Positions 19,174-28,782 of a stretch of DNA of 64,000 bases are shown here, in pieces. The notes under the pieces are model-generated. The model saw nothing but the letters and a program-made list of their open reading frames with translations, was not told the origin of the DNA and did not search any database. The stretch is from Saprospiraceae bacterium (GTDB lineage Bacteria; Bacteroidota; Bacteroidia; Chitinophagales; Saprospiraceae): contig WFYJ01000052.1 in NCBI GenBank assembly GCA_015490175.1, positions 10,974-74,973 of the forward strand, read 5' to 3'. A program made the translations under genes and the position numbers. Every line of letters starts with the position of its first letter. Position 1 is the first letter of the stretch.

Positions 19174-21408
19174 TTATTGCTCCAACACTTGCTCGAGCCG
19201 GGTGTCATACACCTTCTTCCAGTCGGCTACCTGGCCATAATCCTCACCATCGATCAACAGCTCGCCCTCGGTCACCTCACCCAGACGAATAAAGGAAACG
19301 TGATTTCGCGAAAGCAGGTTGAGCAACTGATCTTCCTTGTGCGGACCCACGCTGATGACCACCCTGCTCTGGCTTTCGCCAAACAGGAAAGCATCCTTGC
19401 GGAAGGCCTCCATCGTCTCGATATCGAAGCCCAGGCCGCGCACCATGGCGCTCTCCATCAGGGCGACGAACAGACCGCCTTCCGAAACGTCGTGGGCCGA
19501 TTCGACGAGTCCTTCCCGAATCACCTGCATCAGGAGCTTTTGCAGCTCGTGCTCCTCGATCAGGTCGAACTGAGGCGCAGGGCTGTACTCGATGCCGTGG
19601 ATGAGGCGCAGATATTCCGAGCAGGCGATGTCGTTGGTGACGTTGCCCAGCAGGTAGATGGAATCGCCGGCATGCTTGAAATCCAGCGTCGTGTGCAGGT
19701 CAATGTCTTCGAGCAGGCCCACCATGCCGATGGTGGGCGTCGGATGGACGGGTTCGACGCGATCCTTGAGCACCGTCTGGTTGTAAAAACTCACGTTCCC
19801 GCCCGTGACCGGCGTATCGAATTGCTTGCAGGCATCGCCCATGCCCTTGATGGCATAAACGAATTGCCAATAGACCTCAGGGTTGTAGGGATTGCCAAAG
19901 TTCAGGCAATTGGTGATGGCCAGGGGCCGCCCGCCCGAGCAAACGATGTTGCGCGCCGCCTCGGCCACGGCAATCATGGTACCCTTGTAGGGGTCGGCAA
20001 AGACGTAATGGCTGTTGCAGTCGGTGGTGAGGGCCAAGGCCTTGCGCGTACCCTTGATGCGCACCACGGCTGCGTCGGAAGGCTTGTTGGTGGTCATGGT
20101 GTTGGTACGCACCATCGAGTCGTATTGCTCGTACACCCACCGCTTCGACACGATATCGGGCGACTGGAAGATGCGTTGTGCCACTTCTTTCAGGTCGTCG
20201 GGCACCTCTATCTTGTGCGGGTTGAACTTGCTGATCTCGCGGAAGTAGCGCGGCTTGGTATAGGGGCGCTGATAGACCGGCGCTCCGCCTCCCAGTACCA
20301 ACTCCTCTGCCGGCACATCGGCCACCAACTCGCCATGCATGTAAAACTCGAGGCGCCCCGTATCGGTCACTTCGCCGATCCGGGCACACTCCAGGTCCCA
20401 TTTTTCGAACACTTCGATCAATTCTTGCTCGCGTCCCTTTTCCGCGACAACGAGCATGCGTTCCTGGCTCTCCGACAGCAGGATCTCGAAGGGTTGCATG
20501 TCGGGTTCGCGCGTCGGCACCTTGTCCAGGTCGATGCGCATGCCCGTGCCACTCCTGGCACTCATTTCCGAGGTGGAGCAGGTGATGCCCGCAGCCCCCA
20601 TGTCTTGCATGCCTACGATCGCCCCGGTCTTGATGGCTTCGAGCGAGGCTTCGAGCAGCAGCTTTTCCTGAAAGGGGTCGCCCACCTGCACCGAGGGCAG
20701 ATCATCGGCCGAATCCTCCGTGAGGTCGGCCGAGGCAAAGGTGGCACCGTGAATGCCGTCGCGCCCCGTGCGCGAGCCCACGATGAACACGGGGTTGCCC
20801 GGTCCGTCGGCCCGCGCCGACACCGTCTCGCCTACCCGAACAATGCCCACCGACATGGCATTGACCAGGATGTTCTGGTTGTAACAGGAATGGAAATACA
20901 CCTCGCCCCCGACGGTAGGCACGCCAAAGCAGTTGCCATAGTCGCCGATGCCCTTGACCACGCCTTTGACCAGATGGCGCGTATGCGGGCGCTCCGGATC
21001 GCCAAAACGCAGCGAATTGAGGGCTGCAATGGGTCGGGCCCCCATGGTGAAGATATCGCGATGGATGCCGCCCACGCCCGTGGCTGCCCCCTGATAAGGC
21101 TCGATGGCGGAGGGATGGTTGTGCGACTCGATCTTGAAGGCGCAAGCCAACCCGTCCCCGATGTCCACCAGGCCGGCATTCTCCTCACCTGCCCCGACCA
21201 GCAAGTTTTTCCCTTCGCGCGGCAGGGTTTTGAGCCAGAAAATGGAGTTTTTGTAGGAGCAATGCTCTGACCACATCACCGCGAAAATGCTCAGCTCGGT
21301 AAAGTTGGGCAAGCGGCCCAGTTTTTCCTTGACCATCTCGAACTCCTCTTCGGTGAGGCCGAGCTTGAGCGCTGTGTCGAGCGTTACGGCTGTTCGTACC
21401 TGGGTCAT
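19174..21408 (-). CDS. purL: phosphoribosylformylglycinamidine synthase subunit PurL
   Basis: 744 aa. ...SEHCSYKNS..., [33 protein letters not shown] and the duplicated AIR-synthase-like domains are typical of PurL. Confidence 0.95.
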   Translation of the reverse strand: MTQVRTAVTLDTALKLGLTEEEFEMVKEKLGRLPNFTELSIFAVMWSEHCSYKNSIFWLKTLPREGKNLLVGAGEENAGLVDIGDGLACAFKIESHNHPSAIEPYQGAATGVGGIHRDIFTMGARPIAALNSLRFGDPERPHTRHLVKGVVKGIGDYGNCFGVPTVGGEVYFHSCYNQNILVNAMSVGIVRVGETVSARADGPGNPVFIVGSRTGRDGIHGATFASADLTEDSADDLPSVQVGDPFQEKLLLEASLEAIKTGAIVGMQDMGAAGITCSTSEMSARSGTGMRIDLDKVPTREPDMQPFEILLSESQERMLVVAEKGREQELIEVFEKWDLECARIGEVTDTGRLEFYMHGELVADVPAEELVLGGGAPVYQRPYTKPRYFREISKFNPHKIEVPDDLKEVAQRIFQSPDIVSKRWVYEQYDSMVRTNTMTTNKPSDAAVVRIKGTRKALALTTDCNSHYVFADPYKGTMIAVAEAARNIVCSGGRPLAITNCLNFGNPYNPEVYWQFVYAIKGMGDACKQFDTPVTGGNVSFYNQTVLKDRVEPVHPTPTIGMVGLLEDIDLHTTLDFKHAGDSIYLLGNVTNDIACSEYLRLIHGIEYSPAPQFDLIEEHELQKLLMQVIREGLVESAHDVSEGGLFVALMESAMVRGLGFDIETMEAFRKDAFLFGESQSRVVISVGPHKEDQLLNLLSRNHVSFIRLGEVTEGELLIDGEDYGQVADWKKVYDTRLEQVLEQ

Positions 21409-21557
21409 GCAAGAACGATTCGTTTTTCGGGAGGGACGAGACCCGATAACAAGTCAGGACGCACCACGCGGCAGCCCCGATCCCATCAAGCGGCCACAAA
21501 GATACAAACGGATGGCACAGGGATGTGTCCGATACTTACCTGTCTGGCTGCTGCCTG

Positions 21558-22184
21558 TCACTTTATCAAGGCATTGACTACCAACACCAGTAACAGAATC
21601 ACCCACAAAGCGTCCAGAAAATGCCAATACATGGCCAGCAGCCGCAGGCGCAAGCGTTGTTCGGCGTCGGAAAAGAAAACCAATTGATCGGCTTCGGCGC
21701 GCAGCCGTTTGCTGCTTTTGTAGAGGTAAATGCCGAGAAAAGGCAATCCGGCCAACACGTGCAGGAAATGCAGCCCGGACAGGGCATAGAGATACCCCAT
21801 CGAGTTGTTGGCTGCAGGATCGAGCTGCTGCGCAAACAAAAAATACCATGCAACGGCCTGTGCCACCAGAAACAGCGCCGACAACAGGAGCACCCATTTG
21901 AGTTTTTGCAAAAAGGCGGGCGCGTCGTCGTGGCGATACGCTTTGCGCGCCTGCTCCATGGCCCAACTGGCACCCAACAGCAACAGCGTGTTGGGATAAA
22001 AGAGCCAGGGAATATGCACGGCGGGCAGGTCAGCCTGGAACCTGTTGTACACCCACGCCCCCATGATGCCGAGGAACAACATACCAATGGCAGCCATCAG
22101 CAGCACCAGCATCACGTTGTAGGGGTGAAAGGCCAATTGATCGTATTCGCTGGTGGGTACATGCGATTTTCGACTCATAAGCAT
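21558..22184 (-). CDS. cytochrome c oxidase subunit III family membrane protein
   Basis: About 5 TM helices, HFLHVLAGL and WHFLDALWVILL motifs typical of heme-copper oxidase subunit III. Alternative ATG at 22178. Confidence 0.8.
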   Translation of the reverse strand: MLMSRKSHVPTSEYDQLAFHPYNVMLVLLMAAIGMLFLGIMGAWVYNRFQADLPAVHIPWLFYPNTLLLLGASWAMEQARKAYRHDDAPAFLQKLKWVLLLSALFLVAQAVAWYFLFAQQLDPAANNSMGYLYALSGLHFLHVLAGLPFLGIYLYKSSKRLRAEADQLVFFSDAEQRLRLRLLAMYWHFLDALWVILLLVLVVNALIK

Positions 22185-22225
22185 CCTTCTTTACCGGCAC
22201 ACAAAAGTACGTGCATTGGCGTGAG

Positions 22226-22268
22226 CCCAAAAACCAAGCGGGGCTGCGATGGTTCACCGCAGCCCCGC
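22226..22268 (-). terminator. rho-independent terminator (minus strand) downstream of the 56-aa ORF
   Basis: 11-bp stem GCGGGGCTGCG (22238-48) / CGCAGCCCCGC (22258-68). The minus-strand transcript continues with TTGGTTTTT (22228-22237 on plus). Confidence 0.65.
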
Positions 22269-22300
22269 TCCAAGGCAGATCGTTCCGGGATATATGGGGA

Positions 22301-22471
22301 TTACTGTTTGATGATTCCACCACAGGTCTTGACCACGCGCTCCCAGAATCCTTCTTTGGCGCGTTCTTTTCCACCCTCGATCGAGGCCTGACGGCTGCGA
22401 GACAGCTCGCTACCCTGAATCTGCTTGAGCTTTTCCAGCCCCTTCGACTGTTGTTGTTTTTTCTTTCTCAT
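22301..22471 (-). CDS. unannotated 56-aa ORF (below the track cutoff): MRKKKQQQSKGLEKLKQIQGSELSRSRQASIEGGKERAKEGFWERVVKTCGGIIKQ
   Basis: Translated by hand: ATG 22471-22469, TAA 22303-22301. It has its own strong terminator (22226-22268) and sits 217 nt downstream of the LytTR regulator on the same strand. GC3 is about 60% by hand count. No homology evidence. Confidence 0.4.
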   Translation of the reverse strand: MRKKKQQQSKGLEKLKQIQGSELSRSRQASIEGGKERAKEGFWERVVKTCGGIIKQ

Positions 22472-22688
22472 AGTACTTGCAATTTACAAGTGTTTGGAAT
22501 AGTGCTTCACAGGACAATGCTCTGAGGCAAAGGTCGCAAAATTCAGGCCGAAAATGCCACCACCCAAAAACATATTTTTACTGATTATTAATGGGTAATC
22601 TTATTTGAGCGAGTGCGACGGGAATGCCCCGTGTGGCATGACAGCGCAGATTGCGCCCCTCTTTCCCGCGCAAGGTACCCAAACAGGC

Positions 22689-23486
22689 TCAGAATTGGTG
22701 TTTGCCTTCGAGCAATTCGAGCAGTTGGTTTTTTCGCCTTCGCGACACGAGCACCTCTCCCCCGTCTTCCATCAGGAGCGTGGCATCAGCCCGCTGGTAT
22801 CGCTTGACGTGGGCGAGGTTGACAATATGTGCCCGATGCGTTTTGAAAAATCCGACGGAAGGGAGTGCCTCTTCGAACCTGCCGAGGTTTTGCGAAAGCA
22901 CGATGGTGCGAAAATCCTCGCCTTCCTTCACGATCACCTTTGAATAATTGCCATCAGCCTCCACGCGGACGATATGCTGCGGGGCGACAAAGTAAATTTC
23001 CTCCTGGGTGGTGAGGGCCAGTTTCTCTGGCAGCGTTGAAGCGCTTTGCGTGGCGGCCTTTTTCATGGTGTGCAGGCGCTTCTGAATATGGCGCCCACGG
23101 TATTCCGCTGCCCGCTGTACGGCCTCGTTGAGCATTTCCTCCGACACGGGCTTGTTCAGATAGGCGATAGAAGCATACTGACATGCCTTGCGGGTGTATT
23201 CATCGTAGGCCGTGATGAAGATAATCTCGAAATCGACGGGCTTGATGGCCTCCAACAGGTCGAATACCGGGCCGTCGGGCAGGTTGATGTCCAAGAAGAC
23301 GATGTCCGGACGAACGCGCAGCGACCTGAAAGTAGCCGTGGCTTCCTGGATGGTGCCACAAGAGGCAATCAGTTCTACATCGGCCACCGCGATCTTTTGC
23401 TCGATCATCTCTTCGAGCATGTGGCGCGTGCGCAGCTCGTCCTCTACGAGGATGGCTCTGTAATGCGGTTTTTCTGACTGGATCAT
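22689..23486 (-). CDS. two-component response regulator, LytTR DNA-binding family
   Basis: Receiver domain (ILVEDE.., phospho-acceptor context VFLDINLPDG, ..FITAYDEY) and C-terminal LytTR domain (IVRVEADGNYSKVIV..FFKTHRAHIVNLAHV). Confidence 0.9.
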   Translation of the reverse strand: MIQSEKPHYRAILVEDELRTRHMLEEMIEQKIAVADVELIASCGTIQEATATFRSLRVRPDIVFLDINLPDGPVFDLLEAIKPVDFEIIFITAYDEYTRKACQYASIAYLNKPVSEEMLNEAVQRAAEYRGRHIQKRLHTMKKAATQSASTLPEKLALTTQEEIYFVAPQHIVRVEADGNYSKVIVKEGEDFRTIVLSQNLGRFEEALPSVGFFKTHRAHIVNLAHVKRYQRADATLLMEDGGEVLVSRRRKNQLLELLEGKHQF

Positions 23487-23573
23487 TGTTCAAGGGGATT
23501 AATGTGTGGGCCACTAAAGTTAGGCAGAGATTCGCGAATCTACCCCTTTGTGACAGCTTTTTTGGGAAAAAAG

Positions 23574-24377
23574 TCACACCTTCGGTTGTGCCATCGCCAG
23601 AGCCTCCTCGAAAGTGATCTTTGGAAACACCTGAAGCTTGCCACCTACGGTAGCATCGTAAATCTGCCGCTCATCGCGCATAAAATGGTAATTGGCAAGG
23701 TGATAGGAAATCTCCGACCCGTAGAGGTCGGCCAATTGCCAGGGTTGCCCCTTGAAGTATTCGGGGTGGAAGTGATTTTCGTCCTCACCCTCGAGCACCT
23801 GCACCTCGTGTGACTTGCCCTTTTGTTTGAAATTATGATCTACGCCAATAAGAAAAACGCGCTTGAATCCCATAAACCAGGCAATCTGCATGGCTACATA
23901 GGTCACCGTATTGCCTTCGCAAATGGGCTGGGTGATGTCTTCGTAAAAAGACCAGATGTTGAGCGTGTGCAAGTAATACATATGGGGCTTTCGGGGCATT
24001 ACCCCACGCGAGGCGGTCCATGAAAGGAAGATGGGAAAGGGCAAGTTGGGATACACCTCTTTGCTCTGCTCGATGACGAAGGGATTGGTGGCCACCAGAT
24101 AGCTCAGGTTCAGATCCACCTTTTCGAACATCAGGTAAATCTTGTTCAGGCCAAAGGTGTGATACCTCGCCAAGGGGCGCAAGTCCATTTTGTTGAGCGA
24201 AGGGCCGTTGCCGATGATGAAGCAATCCTGCCCACGGTGCATACCCCGAAATCGCTCCAGCCGGCGCGCCTCACGCAAGCGCCACACCAGATAATCGCGC
24301 GCCTCCCTGAGCTTGTGTCCCAGGCCCTTTTTCTCCAACAAATTGACGGTGTACAATGCACCCTGTGGTCTTGCCAT
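23574..24377 (-). CDS. DUF115 / 6-hydroxymethylpterin diphosphokinase MptE-like (Maf-like) protein
   Basis: CFIIGNGPSLNKMDL..., VATNPFVIEQ, GNTVTYVAMQIAWFMGFKRVFLIGVDHNF. ATG at 24377. The upstream part of the track ORF is repeat module DNA. Confidence 0.75.
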   Translation of the reverse strand: MARPQGALYTVNLLEKKGLGHKLREARDYLVWRLREARRLERFRGMHRGQDCFIIGNGPSLNKMDLRPLARYHTFGLNKIYLMFEKVDLNLSYLVATNPFVIEQSKEVYPNLPFPIFLSWTASRGVMPRKPHMYYLHTLNIWSFYEDITQPICEGNTVTYVAMQIAWFMGFKRVFLIGVDHNFKQKGKSHEVQVLEGEDENHFHPEYFKGQPWQLADLYGSEISYHLANYHFMRDERQIYDATVGGKLQVFPKITFEEALAMAQPKV

Positions 24378-24391
24378 TTCTTTCTTTTTAC

Positions 24392-24725
24392 GGTGGTGTC
24401 CTTGAACAGATGATCGCGCATCCAGAGAATGGACCGGCTGCAAAAAGGTGTTGCGTGCAGGGTTGAGGGTTGAGGGTTTAGAGTTTAAAGTTTTTCTCGT
24501 TGACTACCAGTATTTTGTCAAATCCTCGGTTCCTCGGTTCTTCGGTTCCTCGGTTCTTCGGTTCCTCGATGCCTCATCCATTGCAACCGCAGCCTTCGGC
24601 CGCAGATGGACGCAGTTGGCGCACAGCTCGTCCATGTCGATCAGTTGGCACAACTCATGCGCATCTCACGCGCCCGGTCACTCATTCACTCACTCGCTCA
24701 TTCACTCATTCTCTCCCTCACTCGT
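24392..24725. repeat. intergenic mosaic repeat cluster R6 (5' part of a family-A unit joined to other modules)
   Basis: Contains GGTGGTGTCCttgaacagatgatcgcgcatcc..ggaccggctgcaaaaagg, (GGGTTGA)n, gtttaaag, (CCTCGGTT/CTTCGGTT)x5 at 24524-24567, accgcagccttcggccgcag, and (CACTCA)-type tract up to the SDR stop codon. Confidence 0.85.
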
Positions 24726-25452
24726 CCACGTCCTTCAGCACCGAACTGATGCCCCCGTCGAGCATGATGTTGGCGCCATGGATGAAGCCTTCCTGTTCTT
24801 CGGCGAGGAACCAGGCCAGCCGCGCCACGTCTTCAGGCGTGCCGATGCGCTGCACGGGATGGATGCGGCGCAGCTCGTCGAGGGCGTGGGGCTGCCCCTT
24901 GAAGCCGTCGCGCAGCATATCGGTCTCGACGGCGGCCGGGCTGATGCAATTGACGCGCACGCGTCCTCGCAGATCTACGGCCATGGCTTTGGTAAGGGTC
25001 ACCAGCGCTCCTTTCGAGGTGGCGTAGGCCACGAAGCGGGGTTTGGTCAGCGTGTGATGGATGCTGCCGATGTTGATGATGGAGCCGCGACGCGCTTCGA
25101 GACGCGCCAGAAACAGTTTGCAGAGCAACATGGGCCCCGTGAGGTTGACGTTGAGCGTCTCGTGCCAGTCGTCCAGCGTCACGTCTTCGAGATGGTCGAG
25201 GCGTTGCACGGCTGCGTTGTTGATCAGCACGTCGAGCCTGGGCACGAGCTCATCCAGCTCGGCCGTCTTGCGGATGCGGTATTCGGCATTGCGCACGAAC
25301 TCGTGCAAATCGAACCGGATGAAGCGATCGCAGTCGCCCCTGTAATCTTCGTGCTTGTCGAGGCCGTACACGTAGTACCGCCCCTCTCGAAAGCGGCGGG
25401 CAATGGCCGAACCGATGCCGCCCAACACGCCCGTGATCAGTACGTTTTTCAT
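24718..25452 (-). CDS. short-chain dehydrogenase/reductase (SDR) family oxidoreductase
   Basis: MKNVLITGVLGGIGSAIA (TGxxGxxG), NNAA, and an S...YxxxK context (YATSKGAL). ATG at 25452. Confidence 0.9.
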   Translation of the reverse strand: MKNVLITGVLGGIGSAIARRFREGRYYVYGLDKHEDYRGDCDRFIRFDLHEFVRNAEYRIRKTAELDELVPRLDVLINNAAVQRLDHLEDVTLDDWHETLNVNLTGPMLLCKLFLARLEARRGSIINIGSIHHTLTKPRFVAYATSKGALVTLTKAMAVDLRGRVRVNCISPAAVETDMLRDGFKGQPHALDELRRIHPVQRIGTPEDVARLAWFLAEEQEGFIHGANIMLDGGISSVLKDVDE

Positions 25453-25470
25453 GAGCAAAGCGCTTTCAAT

Positions 25471-25531
25471 TCGGTGTAACCGGTGAAATCGGTGAAATCG
25501 GTCAGACGCACTGCCGTGCGTCGCTACCCAA
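25471..25531. repeat. intergenic mosaic repeat cluster R7
   Basis: Three 9-mer units (ggtgtaacc ggtgaaatc ggtgaaatc, 25473-25499) followed by cagacgcactgccgtgcgtcgctacc (7-4-7 hairpin GACGCAC-TGCC-GTGCGTC). Confidence 0.85.
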
Positions 25532-26488
25532 TCACTGCACGTCCAGGAAGCCGAACAGCAGCTCGATGGCCCTGTGGGTAGCCCGGCGCACCGCATCTAT
25601 GGTGTTGGATGCATTGTGCGTGCCGAAAATACACCTTTCGCAGTCCCGCAAGGGCGAATCGGCGGGGAGGGGCTCCTCCTCGAACACGTCGAGCGCGGCA
25701 CTGTGCACCTTGCCCGACTGCAGGGCGGCCACCAGGGCCTGCTCGTCGATGATCGGCCCGCGCGATACGTTCACGATGCGCACGCCATCCTTCATTTTGG
25801 CGAAAGCCGCCGCATCGAGCATGTGGCGGGTCTGCGGCGTCAGGGCGCAGGTAACCACCACGAAGTCGGCCACGCCGAGCTTGCGCGGCCAGATGGCAAA
25901 CGTGTACTTCGTCAACTCCCGCGCCGTGGGGCACACCAATGGGTCATATACCACCACCTTCACGCCATGGGCGGCCAGCCGCCGTGCCGTGTTGCGGCCG
26001 ATATCGCCAAAGCCGATGACGGCCGCCGTTTTTCCCTCGAGGGAAATGCCGGCGGGCTTGGGCCAGCCTCCCTTGCGCACCTCGCGGTCGATGAAAAAGG
26101 TCTGACGCGCCAGCCCGATGACGTAGTGCACCGCGATGTCGGCCACCTCGCCGCCAAACATGCGCGGCGTATTGGCCACCTGGATGCCGTGTTTTTTCGC
26201 CCCTTCGAAATCGACATTGTCCACGCCCACACCCCACTTGACGGCCGCACGCAGGCGGCCGGCCTTGCCTGCGGCAAACACGCGCTCGGTGGCCGGATCG
26301 TCGCCGATGATCCAGCCATCTACCTGTGGCACGAGCCGTTCCAGTTCGGCTTCGGACAGCGTTTGCACGACATCGGGCGTGACCAGCTCGATGCCCTTTT
26401 CTTCGAATACCGGCCTGAACTCGTCTATCAGGCCCAGCATGGGCGGACAGGTGACCAGTACGCGCAAGCGGTCTTCGTTTGCAGCCAT
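25532..26488 (-). CDS. D-isomer-specific 2-hydroxyacid dehydrogenase (phosphoglycerate dehydrogenase-like)
   Basis: MAANEDRLRVLV..., NAD-binding GKTAAVIGFGDIGRNTARRL, ..VNVSRGPIIDEQAL..AALDVFEEEP. ATG at 26488. The 610-aa track ORF is an antisense read-through over the channel gene. Confidence 0.9.
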   Translation of the reverse strand: MAANEDRLRVLVTCPPMLGLIDEFRPVFEEKGIELVTPDVVQTLSEAELERLVPQVDGWIIGDDPATERVFAAGKAGRLRAAVKWGVGVDNVDFEGAKKHGIQVANTPRMFGGEVADIAVHYVIGLARQTFFIDREVRKGGWPKPAGISLEGKTAAVIGFGDIGRNTARRLAAHGVKVVVYDPLVCPTARELTKYTFAIWPRKLGVADFVVVTCALTPQTRHMLDAAAFAKMKDGVRIVNVSRGPIIDEQALVAALQSGKVHSAALDVFEEEPLPADSPLRDCERCIFGTHNASNTIDAVRRATHRAIELLFGFLDVQ

Positions 26489-26581
26489 AAGCTGTATTTT
26501 GGTGAGCGAGGAAAGCAATCCCGTTACAAGGGGACGCGTATTTTGCGGCAGCAAAGGTGACCAATCACAGGCAATAATCAC

Positions 26582-27427
26582 ATGGCCGACTACGACAATT
26601 CCATAAAACGAAGCCCGCTGCAGGAACGGCTGCACGAAATCATTTTCGAAGCCGACACGCCTGCCGGCAAATTGTTCGATGTGGCGTTGCTGGTGGCCAT
26701 CATCGTCTCGGTGATCGTCGTGATGCTCGAGACGGTCCACCCCTTCAACGAGCGCTACCGCCTGTGGCTCGACATCACCGAGTGGACCCTGACCATCCTG
26801 TTCACGCTCGAATACCTGGCGCGGATGTATGCCGTAACCCATCCCGGACGCTACCTCACGAGTTTTTACGGCATCATTGACCTGATGGCCATCCTGCCCA
26901 CTTACCTGAGCGTCCTCATCCCCGGCACCGAGTCTTTCCTCGTCATTCGGGCCTTGCGCCTGCTGCGCGTTTTCCGGATTTTCAAGCTCACGCATTTCCT
27001 CATGGAAGGGCGCCTCATCGTGCGCGCCATGGAAGCCAGCAGGGAAAAAATCACGGTGTTTTTCCTCTTCGTGTTGCTGCTGGTCACCATCCTCGGCTCG
27101 ATGATGTATCTGATCGAAGGCGGCGTCAACCCTGCCTTTTCGTCCATTCCGCGGGCGGTGTACTGGGCCATCGTGACGCTGACCACGGTAGGCTATGGCG
27201 ACATTACGCCCATCACCGGGCTCGGTCAGTTCCTCTCGGCATTCGTGATGATTCTGGGCTACGCCGTGATCGCCGTACCGACAGGCATCGTCACGGCCGA
27301 GCTGGTGCGCCCCGCGCGCAGCACCAACACGCAGGCCTGCCCGGCCTGCGGACGCGACGGCCACGACGACGACGCCCTCTTCTGCAAATACTGCGGCGCT
27401 GCGTTGTACCCGGAATCGGAAGACTGA
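26582..27427 (+). CDS. voltage-gated-type (6TM) potassium channel with a C-terminal CxxC...CxxC zinc-ribbon tail
   Basis: S4-like segment LRLLRVFRIFKLTHF, selectivity filter TTVGYGD, and C-terminal CPACGRDGHDDDALFCKYCG. Confidence 0.9.
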   Translation: MADYDNSIKRSPLQERLHEIIFEADTPAGKLFDVALLVAIIVSVIVVMLETVHPFNERYRLWLDITEWTLTILFTLEYLARMYAVTHPGRYLTSFYGIIDLMAILPTYLSVLIPGTESFLVIRALRLLRVFRIFKLTHFLMEGRLIVRAMEASREKITVFFLFVLLLVTILGSMMYLIEGGVNPAFSSIPRAVYWAIVTLTTVGYGDITPITGLGQFLSAFVMILGYAVIAVPTGIVTAELVRPARSTNTQACPACGRDGHDDDALFCKYCGAALYPESED

Positions 27428-27439
27428 TGCGCTGCCCCA

Positions 27440-28768
27440 CTACTTGCCAATGCCGTATTCTTCGATTTTGCGGTAGAGCGTGGTCAGGCCGATGCCCAAC
27501 AGCCTGGCTGCCTGCGTCTTGTTGCCGCCCGTGTGTTGCAGTACGCGCACGATATGAGCGCGTTCGGCAGCAGCAAGGCTCCAGTCGCCGGGCACGGACC
27601 GCCGGCTGCCGGGCGCATCCAACAGGTCGGGCGTGAGCTCGGCGCCCTCCGCCAGAATGACCGCCCGCTCCATGGCGTTGCGCAGCTCGCGCACGTTGCC
27701 CTTCCATTCCATTTGCATCAGTCTTTCGACAAATGCCTCGCTGAGGGCGGGCACGGGCCGCCGCATGCGCGTGGCGATCTGCTCGGCAAAATGGCGGGCC
27801 AGCAAGGGAATGTCTTCGGGCCGCCGCCGCAGCGGTGGCAGCTCGATGGCAAACACCGACAAACGGTAGTACAGATCGGACCGGAAACGCCCGGCCTCGC
27901 TCTCGGCAGCCAGATCGCGGTTGGTGGCCGCAATGACGCGCACATCCACCCGCGTCTCCCTGGTCTCGCCCACCTTGATGAAGGTGCCCGTCTCGAGCAC
28001 GCGCAAGAGCTTGGCCTGCAGGTCGAGATCCATCTCGCCGATCTCGTCGAGGAAGAGCGTTCCGCCCGATGCTTCCTCGAACAGGCCCTTCTTGTCGCGC
28101 GACGCCCCCGTAAAGGCACCGGCCTTGTGGCCAAACAGCTCGCTCTCGAGCAGATCGCGCCCCAGCGCCGAGCAGTTGATGGCCACGAAGGGCTTGCCCC
28201 GACGCGGACTCTCGTAGTGGATGGCCTGCGCAAAGACCTCCTTGCCCGTGCCCGTCTCGCCCGTCAGCAGAACGGTGGCATCGGTCCGGGCCACCCGGCG
28301 CGCCATCTCGACCGCGGCGCGCAGCGCCGGCGACCGCCCAATGATGTCGTCGAAAGAATGGCGTTGGCCCGCCTGGGCTTCCAGCTCGCGCACCCGGAAC
28401 TGCAGCATCGCCTTTTCGGCGGCCTTGTGCACCAGCGGAATGATGCGGTTGTTGTCGTCGCCCTTGGTGATGTAGTCGAAGGCGCCGTTCTTGATCGCCT
28501 GCACGCCATCCTCGATATTGCCATAGGCCGTCAGCAAGACCACCTCGGCCTCGGGCAAGGCCTTCTTGATTTCGGCCACCAGCTCGACCCCATAGCCATC
28601 GGGCAGCCGCACATCGCTCAGCACGACGTGCGGCTCGAATTTGCGCAAGCGCTCCATACCGCCTCGGGCCGTGGCTTCCTGGGCCACTTCGAAGCCTTCC
28701 AGCTTCAACATGCGCGAAAGCAGCATGCGCAGGTCGTCCTCGTCTTCTATGATCAGCAGGCGGGCCAT
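27440..28768 (-). CDS. sigma-54-dependent Fis-family response regulator (NtrC type)
   Basis: Receiver domain (LIIEDEDD.., VLSDVRLPDG), AAA+ sigma-54 interaction domain (GETGTGKEVFA, GAFTGA, ESELFGH) and a C-terminal Fis-type HTH (QAARLLGIGLTTLYRKIEEYGI). Confidence 0.95.
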   Translation of the reverse strand: MARLLIIEDEDDLRMLLSRMLKLEGFEVAQEATARGGMERLRKFEPHVVLSDVRLPDGYGVELVAEIKKALPEAEVVLLTAYGNIEDGVQAIKNGAFDYITKGDDNNRIIPLVHKAAEKAMLQFRVRELEAQAGQRHSFDDIIGRSPALRAAVEMARRVARTDATVLLTGETGTGKEVFAQAIHYESPRRGKPFVAINCSALGRDLLESELFGHKAGAFTGASRDKKGLFEEASGGTLFLDEIGEMDLDLQAKLLRVLETGTFIKVGETRETRVDVRVIAATNRDLAAESEAGRFRSDLYYRLSVFAIELPPLRRRPEDIPLLARHFAEQIATRMRRPVPALSEAFVERLMQMEWKGNVRELRNAMERAVILAEGAELTPDLLDAPGSRRSVPGDWSLAAAERAHIVRVLQHTGGNKTQAARLLGIGLTTLYRKIEEYGIGK

Positions 28769-28782
28769 ATACTCAAATCAAA

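Noticed and set aside
17962-21270. Very long ORFs antisense to real genes. Examples: 1670..3178 +, 6866..9838 +, 17962..21270 +, 38039..40039 +, 45261..46799 -, 53621..57082 +, 57335..59650 +, 62721..63977 -
   Set aside because: These are typical stop-poor shadow frames of a GC-rich genome. Their translations are Arg/Ala/Gly/His-rich low-complexity strings without motifs. The opposite or alternative frame encodes clearly recognisable proteins (LpxB, helicase, PurL, OstA-like, S46, adhesin, TMTC-like, MurF).
21409-21557. ZTP (pfl) or other purine-related riboswitch in the purL 5' leader
   Set aside because: I could not find the conserved pfl elements (for example the CCGCCTGGGC-type 3' pseudoknot strand) or any other riboswitch core by eye. 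Only a covariance-model search could settle it.
24448-25479. ORFs that lie in or start from repeat clusters. Examples: 278..475, 17542..17973, 24448..25479, 28849..29730, 41263..41979, 43672..44106, 44790..45020
   Set aside because: They translate tandem repeats or hairpin modules (for example VESVESVKSVKS, LTHSLTHSL). They recur only because the DNA repeats recur, and elsewhere they overlap well-supported genes on the other strand.
25532-27364. The 610-aa ORF on the minus strand
   Set aside because: Only the C-terminal 318 aa (ATG at 26488) are a 2-hydroxyacid dehydrogenase. The N-terminal part is antisense read-through across the K+ channel gene.
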